Source: Escherichia phage 4MG
Length of the DNA stretch: 64,000 bases
Strand: one strand, 5' to 3'
Sequence record: NC_022968.1
Every line of letters begins with the position of its first letter. Positions within the stretch are counted from its first letter, which is position 1. Under the pieces are notes generated by a model that saw only the letters and a list, made by a program, of their open reading frames with translations, was not told the DNA's origin and did not search any database. A program made the position numbers and the translations under genes. Below are positions 19,209 through 28,787 of this stretch, one piece after another.

Positions 19209-19693
19209 AGACACGCATGTACTGCGTAGTAAACCAATATATTGCTGGCATCCATGCCGGGATTCAGTCGGCACACGCGATGTCGGAGATGTTCCTTGAT
19301 TACTCTCAGCGCCGTAACAATGCCGGAAACCTGTTGTGGGACTGGGCTGATCGCGACAAGACCGTAATCGTGCTCAACGGTGGCTACCAGTCTTCATTGC
19401 AGGAACTATGTGAGAAACTGAAGCCTCTGAGCGGCACTTACCCTTGGGCTTCCTTCTGTGAGGAACAGGATGCCCTGAACGGTGCGATGACCGCAGTTGC
19501 TGTTGTGCTGCCTGAGTATATGTACTCACCGCAATACGCAGAAGTTGTTGACTTGGTGAAATTACCAGGTTACAATCCACCACAAGTTGCTAATCAGTAT
19601 CGTGACGAGATGGGAAATACCATCCACAACTATACGCAACCTGAAAAAGACCTGATCACAATGATCAAATCATTCCGACTGAAAGGAGAATAA
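19205..19693 (+). CDS. hypothetical protein
   Basis: ATGA overlap; RBS AGGAGAAAG. Confidence 0.5.
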   Translation: MKTRMYCVVNQYIAGIHAGIQSAHAMSEMFLDYSQRRNNAGNLLWDWADRDKTVIVLNGGYQSSLQELCEKLKPLSGTYPWASFCEEQDALNGAMTAVAVVLPEYMYSPQYAEVVDLVKLPGYNPPQVANQYRDEMGNTIHNYTQPEKDLITMIKSFRLKGE

Positions 19694-19695
19694 AT

Positions 19696-20031
19696 ATGAT
19701 CTACACTATCTTTTTACTCTGGACCCTCTTTGGCCTTGGCATCTGTACATATTCTTGGCTGAAAGGCGAAGATACCGTTGCCGACCCGAAATCGTTTGGT
19801 GTATTCGTTGTTCTGGCAATGGTCGAGGGGCTGATGTTGGTAACAACCCTGATCCCACCAAGCGCGGGTCTGTTTGCAGGGTGCTTGTTTGGTTTCTGGC
19901 TGTTCCGTCACCTGGTGGCAGCAAAAGCAATTCTCACCGGGAAGACCTGCAAAAACAAGAATATGGGTTATGGCATTCTTGTTAACGCCGTGTTCCTTGG
20001 CCTTGTGACCATCTCTTACTTCGGAGGGTAA
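19696..20031 (+). CDS. small membrane protein
   Basis: Hydrophobic segments; RBS AAGGAGAAT. Confidence 0.5.
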   Translation: MIYTIFLLWTLFGLGICTYSWLKGEDTVADPKSFGVFVVLAMVEGLMLVTTLIPPSAGLFAGCLFGFWLFRHLVAAKAILTGKTCKNKNMGYGILVNAVFLGLVTISYFGG

Positions 20032-20032
20032 T

Positions 20033-20209
20033 ATGAAAGTTGAAGAACTGAACCCGGAAATCCTTGTAGCCATGATAAATGCAGCGAGCAACATCGCCGC
20101 TGCTAAAATCAGGACAATTGGTGACGAATTCAACCGTGACCACAACTTTTTTAGCCGGGAATTTGGACGTGTTATCGAAGGCGTAATGAAAGAGGTCAAC
20201 AAAGAATGA
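20033..20209 (+). CDS. hypothetical small protein (58 aa)
   Basis: Below track cutoff; CGGAGGG RBS. Confidence 0.35.
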   Translation: MKVEELNPEILVAMINAASNIAAAKIRTIGDEFNRDHNFFSREFGRVIEGVMKEVNKE

Positions 20210-20547
20210 AAGACGTTCGTGGTGAAACCCTGAATGTTGGTGATGAGGTTTATATCTACTGGGGGTATAACCAATTGCGCCCAGCCGTGGTAAAGCAGAT
20301 CACTAAAAACAAGGCCAAAGTGTTTTGTGACGGGTCACTCTCCAAATGGAAGTCAGGTGAGTGCATGATCAAGGCAGAAGAACCAACAGGCTACTACCCT
20401 GACGAGGTGATCATGCTTCTTGAAGAGATTCGTCGTATTCGGGATGAGGCTCCGATGAATAAAGAGGGTCTTCCAACAAAACAACTGTGCCAGGGGCTTC
20501 TGAATTTTTGGGATATGAAGCGCCCAATGAAACTGGTTACCTCTTAA
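20206..20547 (+). CDS. hypothetical protein
   Basis: ATGA overlap. Confidence 0.45.
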   Translation: MKDVRGETLNVGDEVYIYWGYNQLRPAVVKQITKNKAKVFCDGSLSKWKSGECMIKAEEPTGYYPDEVIMLLEEIRRIRDEAPMNKEGLPTKQLCQGLLNFWDMKRPMKLVTS

Positions 20548-20555
20548 GGAGAGAT

Positions 20556-21629
20556 ATGAAAACTTTTGATATGATGCGATGCTACTCAGGTAGCCTCGCG
20601 TATGGGACTAATCTCCCAACATCGGATGTTGATATCCGTGGTCTGTTCTGTGCGGAACCTAAGTTCATCCGTACTCCATTCTTCAATATCAAAGAGCAGA
20701 CGCTCGCTGATGAAGAGGATGGTAAGATCTACGAACTGACAAACTTCATGAAGTTGTTTGTGGAGATGAACCCCAACATCATCGAACTGATGTTTGTTGA
20801 TGAAAAAGATATCATTTCCAGTTCAGACGCTTACGCATACCTGCGTACAATGGCACCTGAGCTTATGTCAAGTAAGGTTGCATTTAGCTTCTCTGGTTAT
20901 GCTATGGCACAGCTTAAGCGTATCCGTGGTCATGATAAGTGGATCACCAATCCGCAACCGGAGGAAAAGCCAACGCAAAAGGACTTCTTCCGTTTAGTCC
21001 ACAACTACAGTGAGCACCCTTTCCTTGCTGGTGTAATTAAGCACGAACGCTTCATGGAGGCCATGACAAATCTGAACGATATGTGCGTCCTCGTTCCTTA
21101 TGGCAACGACATCTATGGTGTGATGGAGAACTTCAGTAGCTCAGGTATGTTCAACGCAGATGGTTCTATTCGTCATGTTGACTACCAGCAACTGTCTGAT
21201 ACAGACAAGCGCCGGAAACCTGTGTTCATTGTAAAGTATCTGGCAGAAGAGCACAAACAGGCAAAGGAGAAGCACCGTAACTACTGGGCCTGGAAGCAGA
21301 ACCGTAACGAAGTGCGTCATCAGCTTGAAGTGAACTTTGGGTACGACACCAAACACGCCATGCATCTTGTACGTCTGATGCGCATGGCTGAAGAGATCCT
21401 GACTGATGGAAAGGTTCTGGTGAAGCGTCCTGACGCTCAAGAACTCTTAGATATCCGTGGTGGCAAGTGGACTCTTGACGAGCTTCTTAAATGGGCTGAT
21501 GAAAAAGATCATTACATTCGCGAAGTTCTGTACAAAAAGACAGACCTGCCGAAGTACACCGATCTTGAGTTAGCTTCTCGTGTTCTCATGACAGCGCAGG
21601 ATATCTGCTGGGCGAGTATGGATGTTTGA
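20556..21629 (+). CDS. Pol-beta superfamily nucleotidyltransferase (minimal NTase or CD-NTase-like)
   Basis: SGSLAYGTNLPTSDVDIRG = GS-x9-13-DxD nucleotidyltransferase motif; RBS TAAGGAGAG. Confidence 0.55.
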   Translation: MKTFDMMRCYSGSLAYGTNLPTSDVDIRGLFCAEPKFIRTPFFNIKEQTLADEEDGKIYELTNFMKLFVEMNPNIIELMFVDEKDIISSSDAYAYLRTMAPELMSSKVAFSFSGYAMAQLKRIRGHDKWITNPQPEEKPTQKDFFRLVHNYSEHPFLAGVIKHERFMEAMTNLNDMCVLVPYGNDIYGVMENFSSSGMFNADGSIRHVDYQQLSDTDKRRKPVFIVKYLAEEHKQAKEKHRNYWAWKQNRNEVRHQLEVNFGYDTKHAMHLVRLMRMAEEILTDGKVLVKRPDAQELLDIRGGKWTLDELLKWADEKDHYIREVLYKKTDLPKYTDLELASRVLMTAQDICWASMDV

Positions 21630-21834
21630 GGCAATCGTAGGCATAATTGGGGTTGCATATGCTGTGATTGCTGTGGTATACTCCGTGAAGATGGAGAACG
21701 ATAAGGTTCTTAAGCAGGTATATAAAGCAAAGTCAGATCATGACTGGTCAGAAATATGCTTTGCGGTCGGGTTCGCCTGGCCGCTGGCTACTTTGCTCCA
21801 CTATGTTATGAGGAGAAGAAATGCGTCAGCTTGA
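21622..21834 (+). CDS. small membrane protein
   Basis: Hydrophobic N-terminus. Confidence 0.45.
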   Translation: MFEAIVGIIGVAYAVIAVVYSVKMENDKVLKQVYKAKSDHDWSEICFAVGFAWPLATLLHYVMRRRNASA

Positions 21835-21996
21835 ATTTTCAGGAAAAATGCTTGAGCTTGTTGCTGAGTGGATGGATGACTATAAACGTCAACGTAGCTT
21901 CAGCGACGAGCCTGAGAACTGGCCTTATGAGCGCACCCAAGAAGACTGGATGAGTGACTTCTTTGTGTGGCTCCAGTGTAAGGGGTATCCGGTATG
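21821..21996 (+). CDS. hypothetical small protein (58 aa)
   Basis: Below track cutoff; AGGAGAAGAA RBS. Confidence 0.35.
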
Positions 21997-22224
21997 AGCT
22001 TCGGGACACTAACAGCAGAGCAGGCACAGATCCTGCAAGACCGTTATAAAGAACAGCAAGGTATTGAGAAGGTCGTATGGCCCTCACCAGGTAACTCCGG
22101 TGTTATCAAATGCCTGCATGACCAATGTCCTAATTGCGGGGGAACAGGTGTTCGCAAAGACGGCTTAGGACTGTGCTTCCACGGGATAGCCTGTCCTTGC
22201 CCTAAATGCAGTTTTACTTGCTGA
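21994..22224 (+). CDS. Cys-rich small protein
   Basis: CPNCGG and CPCPKC cysteine clusters. Confidence 0.45.
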   Translation: MSFGTLTAEQAQILQDRYKEQQGIEKVVWPSPGNSGVIKCLHDQCPNCGGTGVRKDGLGLCFHGIACPCPKCSFTC

Positions 22225-22231
22225 GGTATTA

Positions 22232-22882
22232 ATGGAAGAGATGCTATTGGTTGGTGGTGGAAAATCACCTGGGGTCACTGTCCTTGATATTGACCCATCA
22301 AAACAAACCCTTGGACAAACAAACCTTGTAGATGTCTACGGGCATCCGTTTACAAAGGTTGGGGCTGGCAATGCCATAATTCAGGATGTCTCTGGTCAAG
22401 GAAGGGTCATGTCCTTCCCAGGATCAGCATACTTCGAGACACCAATGACGGCAGACATAAGCATGGCAGTAGGTAAATTTGAAGTTCGTTCTGAGTTTTA
22501 TCTCAACAATACCGCAACTATGGCAGTATGGGGTACAGGGGATTATGTCTCTACAGGAAATATTGTTGGTGGGGTATTGCAGGTGGCGAACCTGTCTGGA
22601 GGTTCTCAGTATTTTGTTACAGACAATATTGGAAACTTTGTGAGGGCATTCTTCAGTCCGGCTGCTCCGGGGTGGAATGATTTCTCAATGATTTGGGACT
22701 CAACAACCAAAGTTATGAAAGTAGTGAATAACAACAATCCTTTAGCGACACAACAATACATAATTCCATATGGCTTTGGAAACGGGACAAAGTTGAGTGT
22801 CGGGGGAAGCTATCCACGAGGAGTCGGTTCTTATACCCTACAGGGATACCTGAAGCGGTTGCGGATCATTAAGTTATCATGA
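22232..22882 (+). CDS. hypothetical protein
   Basis: ORF. Confidence 0.5.
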   Translation: MEEMLLVGGGKSPGVTVLDIDPSKQTLGQTNLVDVYGHPFTKVGAGNAIIQDVSGQGRVMSFPGSAYFETPMTADISMAVGKFEVRSEFYLNNTATMAVWGTGDYVSTGNIVGGVLQVANLSGGSQYFVTDNIGNFVRAFFSPAAPGWNDFSMIWDSTTKVMKVVNNNNPLATQQYIIPYGFGNGTKLSVGGSYPRGVGSYTLQGYLKRLRIIKLS

Positions 22883-22955
22883 TTCATCCTGTCTCCTATA
22901 TAATATCTTGACTAACCATGATAAAATGGAGGTTAATAATATGATAGGAGGTAGT

Positions 22956-23444
22956 ATGTTTCAGAAATTAGTTCGTGAACACCCTACCCTACAAGAACAC
23001 TGGCAGACCCTGCTGGAAAAGGGGTTCATAGAGAACTCTAAGGGTTGCATCGCGCTTGTACGCAAGTACGCCGCTGATGAAAGAGTGCTTATTATCAGGG
23101 ATGCTAAAAACAGTATCCTTTATACCATTCGTGTAGGGCGATTGGAAGTTACTCGTGGCGTAGACACACAAAACCCGGTGACGTATACATTCCGTGTGGG
23201 TGATATGGGGAAGCTCGACCCAGAGCATCTGGAAGAGGCATTTGACCAATATGAGGGTTTTGAGACTTCCATCCGTGATCTCTATCGTACAATCGACAGG
23301 ATCATTAACGAGTATAAGAAGTCTCTTGGATGGGGATACAGAATCAAAGATTGGTTCAGAAACCCGCCGAACAAGGTGTTCTTTGCTGTATTCGTTATCT
23401 ATGCAATAATTAGCATGGTTGTGTATTTCTATCCACTTTTCTGA
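22956..23444 (+). CDS. hypothetical protein with C-terminal membrane anchor
   Basis: Trimmed to ATG after ATAGGAGGTAGT; hydrophobic C-terminus. Confidence 0.5.
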   Translation: MFQKLVREHPTLQEHWQTLLEKGFIENSKGCIALVRKYAADERVLIIRDAKNSILYTIRVGRLEVTRGVDTQNPVTYTFRVGDMGKLDPEHLEEAFDQYEGFETSIRDLYRTIDRIINEYKKSLGWGYRIKDWFRNPPNKVFFAVFVIYAIISMVVYFYPLF

Positions 23445-23455
23445 GGAGATTGTCT

Positions 23456-23851
23456 ATGAGGGACAGAGGAGATTATTACCGTAAGTACGCCGAGCGGAGG
23501 CGAATGATAGACCGTGAGCGTCGTTCTACGCCAGAAGGAAAGGCAAGGCAGTTACAGATCAGGCTTGAGCGTATCGAGGCTGAGAAACGTGCAACCATGC
23601 ACAGTGAGTGGGACATCTTTGTAAGAGAAGAGGCCAACCATCTTTGCAACGTGAGGATGTGTGAAACTGGCATCCGTTGGGAGCCAGACCACATGCTGCC
23701 CCTCCGGGCAAAGATTGTCTCCGGCCTTAACTGTGGTGATAATATCCAGGTAATCCCTGCAAAGATGAATCGTAGCAAAAAGAACCACATGATTTATACC
23801 AACCGCTTTGAGTGGATTAAGGATTTGGAGACCGTATGCAGGATGAAATGA
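23456..23851 (+). CDS. HNH endonuclease-like protein
   Basis: C-x4-C ... EPDHMLP ... N.Q..P ... NRSKKNH resembles the HNH motif. Confidence 0.45.
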   Translation: MRDRGDYYRKYAERRRMIDRERRSTPEGKARQLQIRLERIEAEKRATMHSEWDIFVREEANHLCNVRMCETGIRWEPDHMLPLRAKIVSGLNCGDNIQVIPAKMNRSKKNHMIYTNRFEWIKDLETVCRMK

Positions 23852-24330
23852 TTAGACTGTTTGTAAAAGACACCAGCCACGAGGTGATAAGCAAACTCCC
23901 CGGAATATCTAGTGCTGTTGCACAGGTAAAGTCCGGGGTTTGTGGGGCAATTGTTTTTGTCGTGAAGTCAAAACACAACATTGATTCTGAAGGCATACTC
24001 AATCCAAGATTGGTTATCACAAAGAGTGCTGGTAAGAATGAGCAGATATTTATGATAGCCACGAGTAAGGATGAGAAGATTTGGATTCATCCGGACGAAG
24101 TTTTCATTGGTAACACCCAGGTCTACAACCGGGACATGTTCTTTGATGCTTCTGCTCCAACTGAGGAAGAAGTCCAAATGCTGAGAATGGCTAAAGGTGC
24201 GGATTTGGATGCCCTTATGAAGGCATTTGGGAAAGTCCCCGGAAGGATTATGGAAAGGATAATGTCCGGGACTTTTGTGGAAGAGTACACAGCGGTAACC
24301 AAAGAAAAGGTAATCGTTTTAATGGGATAA
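23836..24330 (+). CDS. hypothetical protein
   Basis: ORF, last plus-strand gene before a terminator. Confidence 0.5.
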   Translation: MQDEMIRLFVKDTSHEVISKLPGISSAVAQVKSGVCGAIVFVVKSKHNIDSEGILNPRLVITKSAGKNEQIFMIATSKDEKIWIHPDEVFIGNTQVYNRDMFFDASAPTEEEVQMLRMAKGADLDALMKAFGKVPGRIMERIMSGTFVEEYTAVTKEKVIVLMG

Positions 24331-24356
24331 CCCGCCTTGAGCGGGTTTTCTTTTAT
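24331..24356 (+). terminator. rho-independent terminator
   Basis: CCCGCCTTGAGCGGG followed by TTTTCTTTTA. Confidence 0.75.
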
Positions 24357-24667
24357 CTGTCTTTTGACATTTTCTCAATAACGAGCCTGTCAGAATCATC
24401 CAACAGCATGAGGTGCTCTAAAGGAATGTCAATTGTTACTGGCATACCCCTAACGTGACATTCAAACCAGATGTCGTCTGGTGGGTATGGGATACGATCA
24501 GGTCCAAACTTTGATCGTTGGATCACAAAGCATTCACGACCATTAAGTTGCCCGGTAAGAGGGTTTTTAGGGCTGAATCCGTACAGAAGGCAAATGGTGT
24601 CCTCGCGTACACGGTTATCTGGTTCATTGCGGTCTGGACGACCACCCTTATCTTCGAGTAATTGCAT
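24353..24667 (-). CDS. hypothetical protein
   Basis: Minus-strand ORF in a two-gene inverted island. Confidence 0.45.
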   Translation of the reverse strand: MQLLEDKGGRPDRNEPDNRVREDTICLLYGFSPKNPLTGQLNGRECFVIQRSKFGPDRIPYPPDDIWFECHVRGMPVTIDIPLEHLMLLDDSDRLVIEKMSKDR

Positions 24668-24915
24668 TATTTGACTCCAAAGTTGAGTTTGCCATTGAGC
24701 TTCTGCACACGATGCGGCAGTATTTCTTCATACCACCAATCTTTCTCATGAAGACGGTATGATACGTGGGTCCCATAAGTATCTTCCTGACCGTTCTCAC
24801 CCTTGATGCGGTAAGTCCTGGTGAAGATGTCACGGATTGTTGCTTCAAACTGACCATCGATCAAGACGATCTCATTGTATTTGTACTTATCTTGTTCTAA
24901 GATTTCTTGAGACAT
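24667..24915 (-). CDS. hypothetical protein
   Basis: Trimmed to ATG preceded on the minus strand by AAAGGAGAAACATA. Confidence 0.5.
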   Translation of the reverse strand: MSQEILEQDKYKYNEIVLIDGQFEATIRDIFTRTYRIKGENGQEDTYGTHVSYRLHEKDWWYEEILPHRVQKLNGKLNFGVK

Positions 24916-24975
24916 TATGTTTCTCCTTTGTGTTGGTAAGGTAAGATTATCAGTGAAATTATTTTTAGTCAATAG

Positions 24976-25003
24976 TTGACATCATCTTTATTCCTGCCAT
25001 AAT
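24976..25003 (+). promoter_or_regulatory. sigma70-type promoter
   Basis: TTGACA - 16 nt - CATAAT upstream of the GHKL ATPase gene. Confidence 0.6.
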
Positions 25004-25034
25004 GGTTGAACACAAACCGTTTCAAGGAGAAACC

Positions 25035-26183
25035 ATGAAAAGCATTAAACTGAGCATTGCACCAACCTACGTAGCCCATTGGTCATGGTGGGAGGGCGTT
25101 CGTGAACTCATTCAGAACGCCATTGACGCTGGTGACCACGAAGTTGTGTTCATTAAGGACACCATTTCAATTGCATCCTACGGTGGTAAGCTGCCTATCC
25201 AATCCCTCCTGATGGGTAAGACCACTAAGGAAGATGATGATACCAAGATCGGTAAGTTTGGCGAGGGGATGAAGGTAGGTTTCCTGTGCCTGTTACGTGA
25301 AGGTGCAGACATTACCATGTACAACGGTCGAGATCTGTGGAAACCAGAGCTTGCGATGGATGATGTGTTCGACGAGAAGGTTCTCTCTGTCAATATCGAG
25401 GAGGGGCGTTTCCCTAATCGCTCTGAGGATTGTGTTACCATCCATATCAAGAATGTTCCTGAACACGCCATACGTGAAATAAAGAACAACTATGCCCCGG
25501 AACGTGCTAATCTTGAGGTGGTGTTTGAAGCAGAGGGCTATGGTAAGGCCTACGCGAAAAAGAACGAGCGTGATTACAAGGATTGCCGTCTATACGTTAA
25601 TGGCCTGTACGTAACCACCGTTGAGGGTAAGTACAAGTTCGATTATGACTTCCCGGCAGACCGATTCACTCTGGATCGTGACCGTAACCAGGCAAGTGAG
25701 TTCGAAGTTCGCTGGAATGCAACCCGTCTTCTGTCACAATCTGACGATGTGCTTATGCTGGCAGACCTGGGTGTTGGTCAGTACGATGACCTTGAGCACT
25801 TCGATAGTCAGAACGAGTCAAGCTATTATGTTCGTGGTTATGAACAGGACACTCTCGAAGAACGGGCGGTATCCATCTTCCGTGAACAAAATGGTTGGAA
25901 GGCATTCCCTATCAATGCCAATTGGTCTGATAGTCGTAAACGATTAGTTACTGAAATGGCGATCAGCCACGGCAAAACTCCGGTGACAGTCAAGAAAGCA
26001 GCCTACCAGATGCTGAAACACGAGTTTTCTGTGCCTGAGGAGATCAACGAAATGGTTGAATTCAAGGCTCTTAGCTACCTTGAGAAATTCCTTGCAAAAC
26101 ACGGTCGAAAACTGTACAGTAAGCCGCGTAAGGACCTGGAAAAAACAATCCATATGCTAAAAGTGGCTAAAGGGGAAGCATGA
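25035..26183 (+). CDS. GHKL-superfamily ATPase (Hsp90/MutL/MORC-like)
   Basis: N-terminal ELIQNAIDAG matches the Bergerat N-box E-x3-N-x2-D-A; GKFGEG matches the G2 box; RBS CAAGGAGAAACC. Confidence 0.5.
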   Translation: MKSIKLSIAPTYVAHWSWWEGVRELIQNAIDAGDHEVVFIKDTISIASYGGKLPIQSLLMGKTTKEDDDTKIGKFGEGMKVGFLCLLREGADITMYNGRDLWKPELAMDDVFDEKVLSVNIEEGRFPNRSEDCVTIHIKNVPEHAIREIKNNYAPERANLEVVFEAEGYGKAYAKKNERDYKDCRLYVNGLYVTTVEGKYKFDYDFPADRFTLDRDRNQASEFEVRWNATRLLSQSDDVLMLADLGVGQYDDLEHFDSQNESSYYVRGYEQDTLEERAVSIFREQNGWKAFPINANWSDSRKRLVTEMAISHGKTPVTVKKAAYQMLKHEFSVPEEINEMVEFKALSYLEKFLAKHGRKLYSKPRKDLEKTIHMLKVAKGEA

Positions 26184-26327
26184 CATACTCGATCTACGGC
26201 AGAATGTCAAAAGACTCGGCCTCCCGCGAGGGGGCCTGGTACTGTTTGAAAACTAAGGTTTCTGTTGACAATGTTCAGCAGGTTATGGAATACTACGCTA
26301 AGACATGGCGATATGTGGAGAAAAGAA

Positions 26328-26576
26328 ATGAAATTGAGTGAAATCAAAAAGGTCCTTGAGCAGTCCCGCTCTAATGGTATTTATTTTCACGATAAGGGTT
26401 GGAATCAGGACCCAGGAAGTGTTCGTGGACTGGCCTACCTCTCTAAGGATGGTCATTTGTTCATGACCTACTTACACCCACTTAAAAATAGGCGTGTGGT
26501 ACGTCCATTCACGCCGGACATGGAAAACATGCTCAGACCGTCAGAGGGCCTTGTCATCTGGGAGGGTTCTGTATGA
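26328..26576 (+). CDS. hypothetical protein
   Basis: Trimmed ORF with GGAGAAAAGAA RBS. Confidence 0.45.
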   Translation: MKLSEIKKVLEQSRSNGIYFHDKGWNQDPGSVRGLAYLSKDGHLFMTYLHPLKNRRVVRPFTPDMENMLRPSEGLVIWEGSV

Positions 26577-26767
26577 AAATTTCAAGCAATATGAAGAACT
26601 TCCTCATCGGCTTTCCGGTAGTGATTTTCGTTCTGGTAACTCTCGGCTTCCTGATCTCAACTTTCGGCCCAGGCTCCCTATTAATCCTTGGATTTTTGGC
26701 ATTTTTCGGGATGATCGGGATTGTTGTTGGGGATTTTATTCGTGATAAGTTCGGGGTCTGGAAATGA
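26573..26767 (+). CDS. small membrane protein
   Basis: Two hydrophobic segments; ATGA overlap. Confidence 0.5.
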   Translation: MKISSNMKNFLIGFPVVIFVLVTLGFLISTFGPGSLLILGFLAFFGMIGIVVGDFIRDKFGVWK

Positions 26768-26940
26768 CAGAACAAGAACTACGTGTGCAACAGGCAGGTG
26801 ACCTGTTGCATTACATTGAGAAAACGCTGCTGTTTGAGGCGGTTTTTAATTACTGGGAAGACCGTTGTCGGGTTGCAGACAAGATTAAAGAGCTTCACGA
26901 AATGGCTGTAGAGCCACGGGAGCCGTATGCAAAGTCGTGA
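26764..26940 (+). CDS. hypothetical small protein (58 aa)
   Basis: Below track cutoff; ATGA overlap. Confidence 0.35.
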   Translation: MTEQELRVQQAGDLLHYIEKTLLFEAVFNYWEDRCRVADKIKELHEMAVEPREPYAKS

Positions 26941-27175
26941 TTATCGTGAGCTACTGAAAGAGATCCACGGGGATTCTATTGATAACTGGTATCTCCCAGA
27001 AGAAGAGTGGGGAAAGGAGAACGCTATGGGCGGTGAAAATATTCTGGAGTTCATTAACCACGAGGTGTGGAAAGACACCGACACAGGGCAATGGCGATTC
27101 AAGGACAAGCTTTTCAAGCGAGAGGGTCAGGCCCGTAAAGCGGCACGTCTGTACTTTCGCAAGAAATTCTCCTGA
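26927..27175 (+). CDS. hypothetical protein
   Basis: ORF. Confidence 0.45.
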   Translation: MQSRDYRELLKEIHGDSIDNWYLPEEEWGKENAMGGENILEFINHEVWKDTDTGQWRFKDKLFKREGQARKAARLYFRKKFS

Positions 27176-27214
27176 TTTTGTGATAAAATAAAGGTTTACA
27201 AATAGGAGGAAATA

Positions 27215-27868
27215 ATGTTAGAAGCGATGTTAACAGCGGGTAAGAGTGCCCCAGTTGTGGGTAATAAGACTCTTCTTCTGCTACAGGCAGATAAAGGCGG
27301 TGTCGATCAGGCAAAAAGTGACAGGGTGTTCTCTAAAGTGGCGACAGTTAGTACCACAACCACAGCAAAGTTCAACAACAAGCAGTTTGATTGCCTGTCT
27401 GCGGCAAGTTATTTTGAAATAATGGCGGCAAACAAAACAGACCTTGTTTTTGGGTCAACAGATGACTACACTATCGAATTCTGGTGTAAGAACTCCAGTG
27501 TTGCATCCTCGTGGTGGTTGTATTTTGGAACCGGAACACAAAGTTGCTTGAAGGTATATCAGAGCGTTGTCTACTTACAGGATCAACTGAGGTATCTAAG
27601 TTTTAACTCAAACTTCTGGCCTTTATCAACATGGGCGCATATAGCAATTGTTAACAAGGACGGTATAACAAAGCTTTATATCAACGGGTCAACCGCTGTG
27701 ACTGGGGCTGGTTTTGCTTCTGGGGGTTGGAGTCTCCCATCTGTCTATGCGCGAATTGGGTATGGTGAGGCTACAGCGTTTGCATACATGGACCAAATCA
27801 GGATCAGTAAGGTTGCCAGGTATAGCGGTAACTTCTCTGTTCCAACAGCACCCTTTATTCTTGATTAA
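27215..27868 (+). CDS. hypothetical protein
   Basis: RBS AATAGGAGGAAATA; followed by a terminator. Confidence 0.5.
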   Translation: MLEAMLTAGKSAPVVGNKTLLLLQADKGGVDQAKSDRVFSKVATVSTTTTAKFNNKQFDCLSAASYFEIMAANKTDLVFGSTDDYTIEFWCKNSSVASSWWLYFGTGTQSCLKVYQSVVYLQDQLRYLSFNSNFWPLSTWAHIAIVNKDGITKLYINGSTAVTGAGFASGGWSLPSVYARIGYGEATAFAYMDQIRISKVARYSGNFSVPTAPFILD

Positions 27869-27890
27869 GGCCCTTAGGGGCCTTTTTTGT
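27869..27890 (+). terminator. rho-independent terminator
   Basis: GGCCCTTAGGGGCC hairpin followed by TTTTTTGTTGTT. Confidence 0.8.
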
Positions 27891-27948
27891 TGTTGACATC
27901 CAGAAAAATAGCTGGTACGCTCTTGGTAGATAACTAACAGGAGAAACT

Positions 27949-28065
27949 ATGGACACTATTTTAACAATCATCTTCCTTCTTGTGATGGTAGGTGTTGGTT
28001 TACGAGGACTGCCCTTCTGGGCCTGGGTTGTTTTGGCACACGAATCTAAAAGGAGGGATCGATGA
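27949..28065 (+). CDS. small membrane protein (38 aa)
   Basis: Below track cutoff; CAGGAGAAACT RBS; hydrophobic. Confidence 0.3.
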   Translation: MDTILTIIFLLVMVGVGLRGLPFWAWVVLAHESKRRDR

Positions 28066-28256
28066 AGCGAAGATACCGAGTTGTTACAGCAATTTCAGAG
28101 GGCGGCACTGAAATGTTTGTGCTACAGACCCGGAATATCTTCTGGCCCTTCTGGGCTGATGTGAGTCGGCATATGTACGAGGAATATGCTACAAGGGCCT
28201 TAGAGACAGAGAAGAAAAAAGATGCCTACAAGGGACGTGTCGTTCGCTTAGGCTGA
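28062..28256 (+). CDS. hypothetical protein
   Basis: RBS AAAAGGAGGG; ATGA overlap. Confidence 0.45.
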   Translation: MKRRYRVVTAISEGGTEMFVLQTRNIFWPFWADVSRHMYEEYATRALETEKKKDAYKGRVVRLG

Positions 28257-28468
28257 TATTTGCTGCCGTCAGGCAGCGCCGCAAAAATCCAATAGGAGAT
28301 TTTCGTGAAAAGAGGTGTAACTTTTGAGAAAGCGGTAGCCCTCGTTGAGGACACGCTTTCCAAAACAGGGGCCGGAAAATACATTAACGAGTACGTGGTG
28401 AAAATTATGGAGATCACGTATGATATGGGCTTCAAAGCCGGGGCAAAGACCTTAGAGAAGGAGAGGAA

Positions 28469-28714
28469 ATGAACATTTTTATTGACGAGCGTCGTGGAAC
28501 GCCGATCACCCAGGAAGAGCGCGAGTGGATCGAGAAAGAGATCCGTGAACTCGAAGCGTACCGTGTAGATGAGGATGCGCTAGCCGCTGAAGCGCAGTCT
28601 ATGAGGGAGGAAGGCATGTCTGCTTTTGATCGTGACGTGATCATTATGTGTATTGATGCTGATATCTACGGAATGAAACGAACCCTCGAACAGGGTCGTG
28701 TTATTTTGTGGTAA
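28469..28714 (+). CDS. hypothetical protein
   Basis: RBS GAAGGAGAGGAA. Confidence 0.45.
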   Translation: MNIFIDERRGTPITQEEREWIEKEIRELEAYRVDEDALAAEAQSMREEGMSAFDRDVIIMCIDADIYGMKRTLEQGRVILW

Positions 28715-28787
28715 TTCGCTTGACAGCCAGTTAATGCTGGCTTAAAATCACTGCATACAAAACAAATCCATAAAGGAGAAATAAAAC

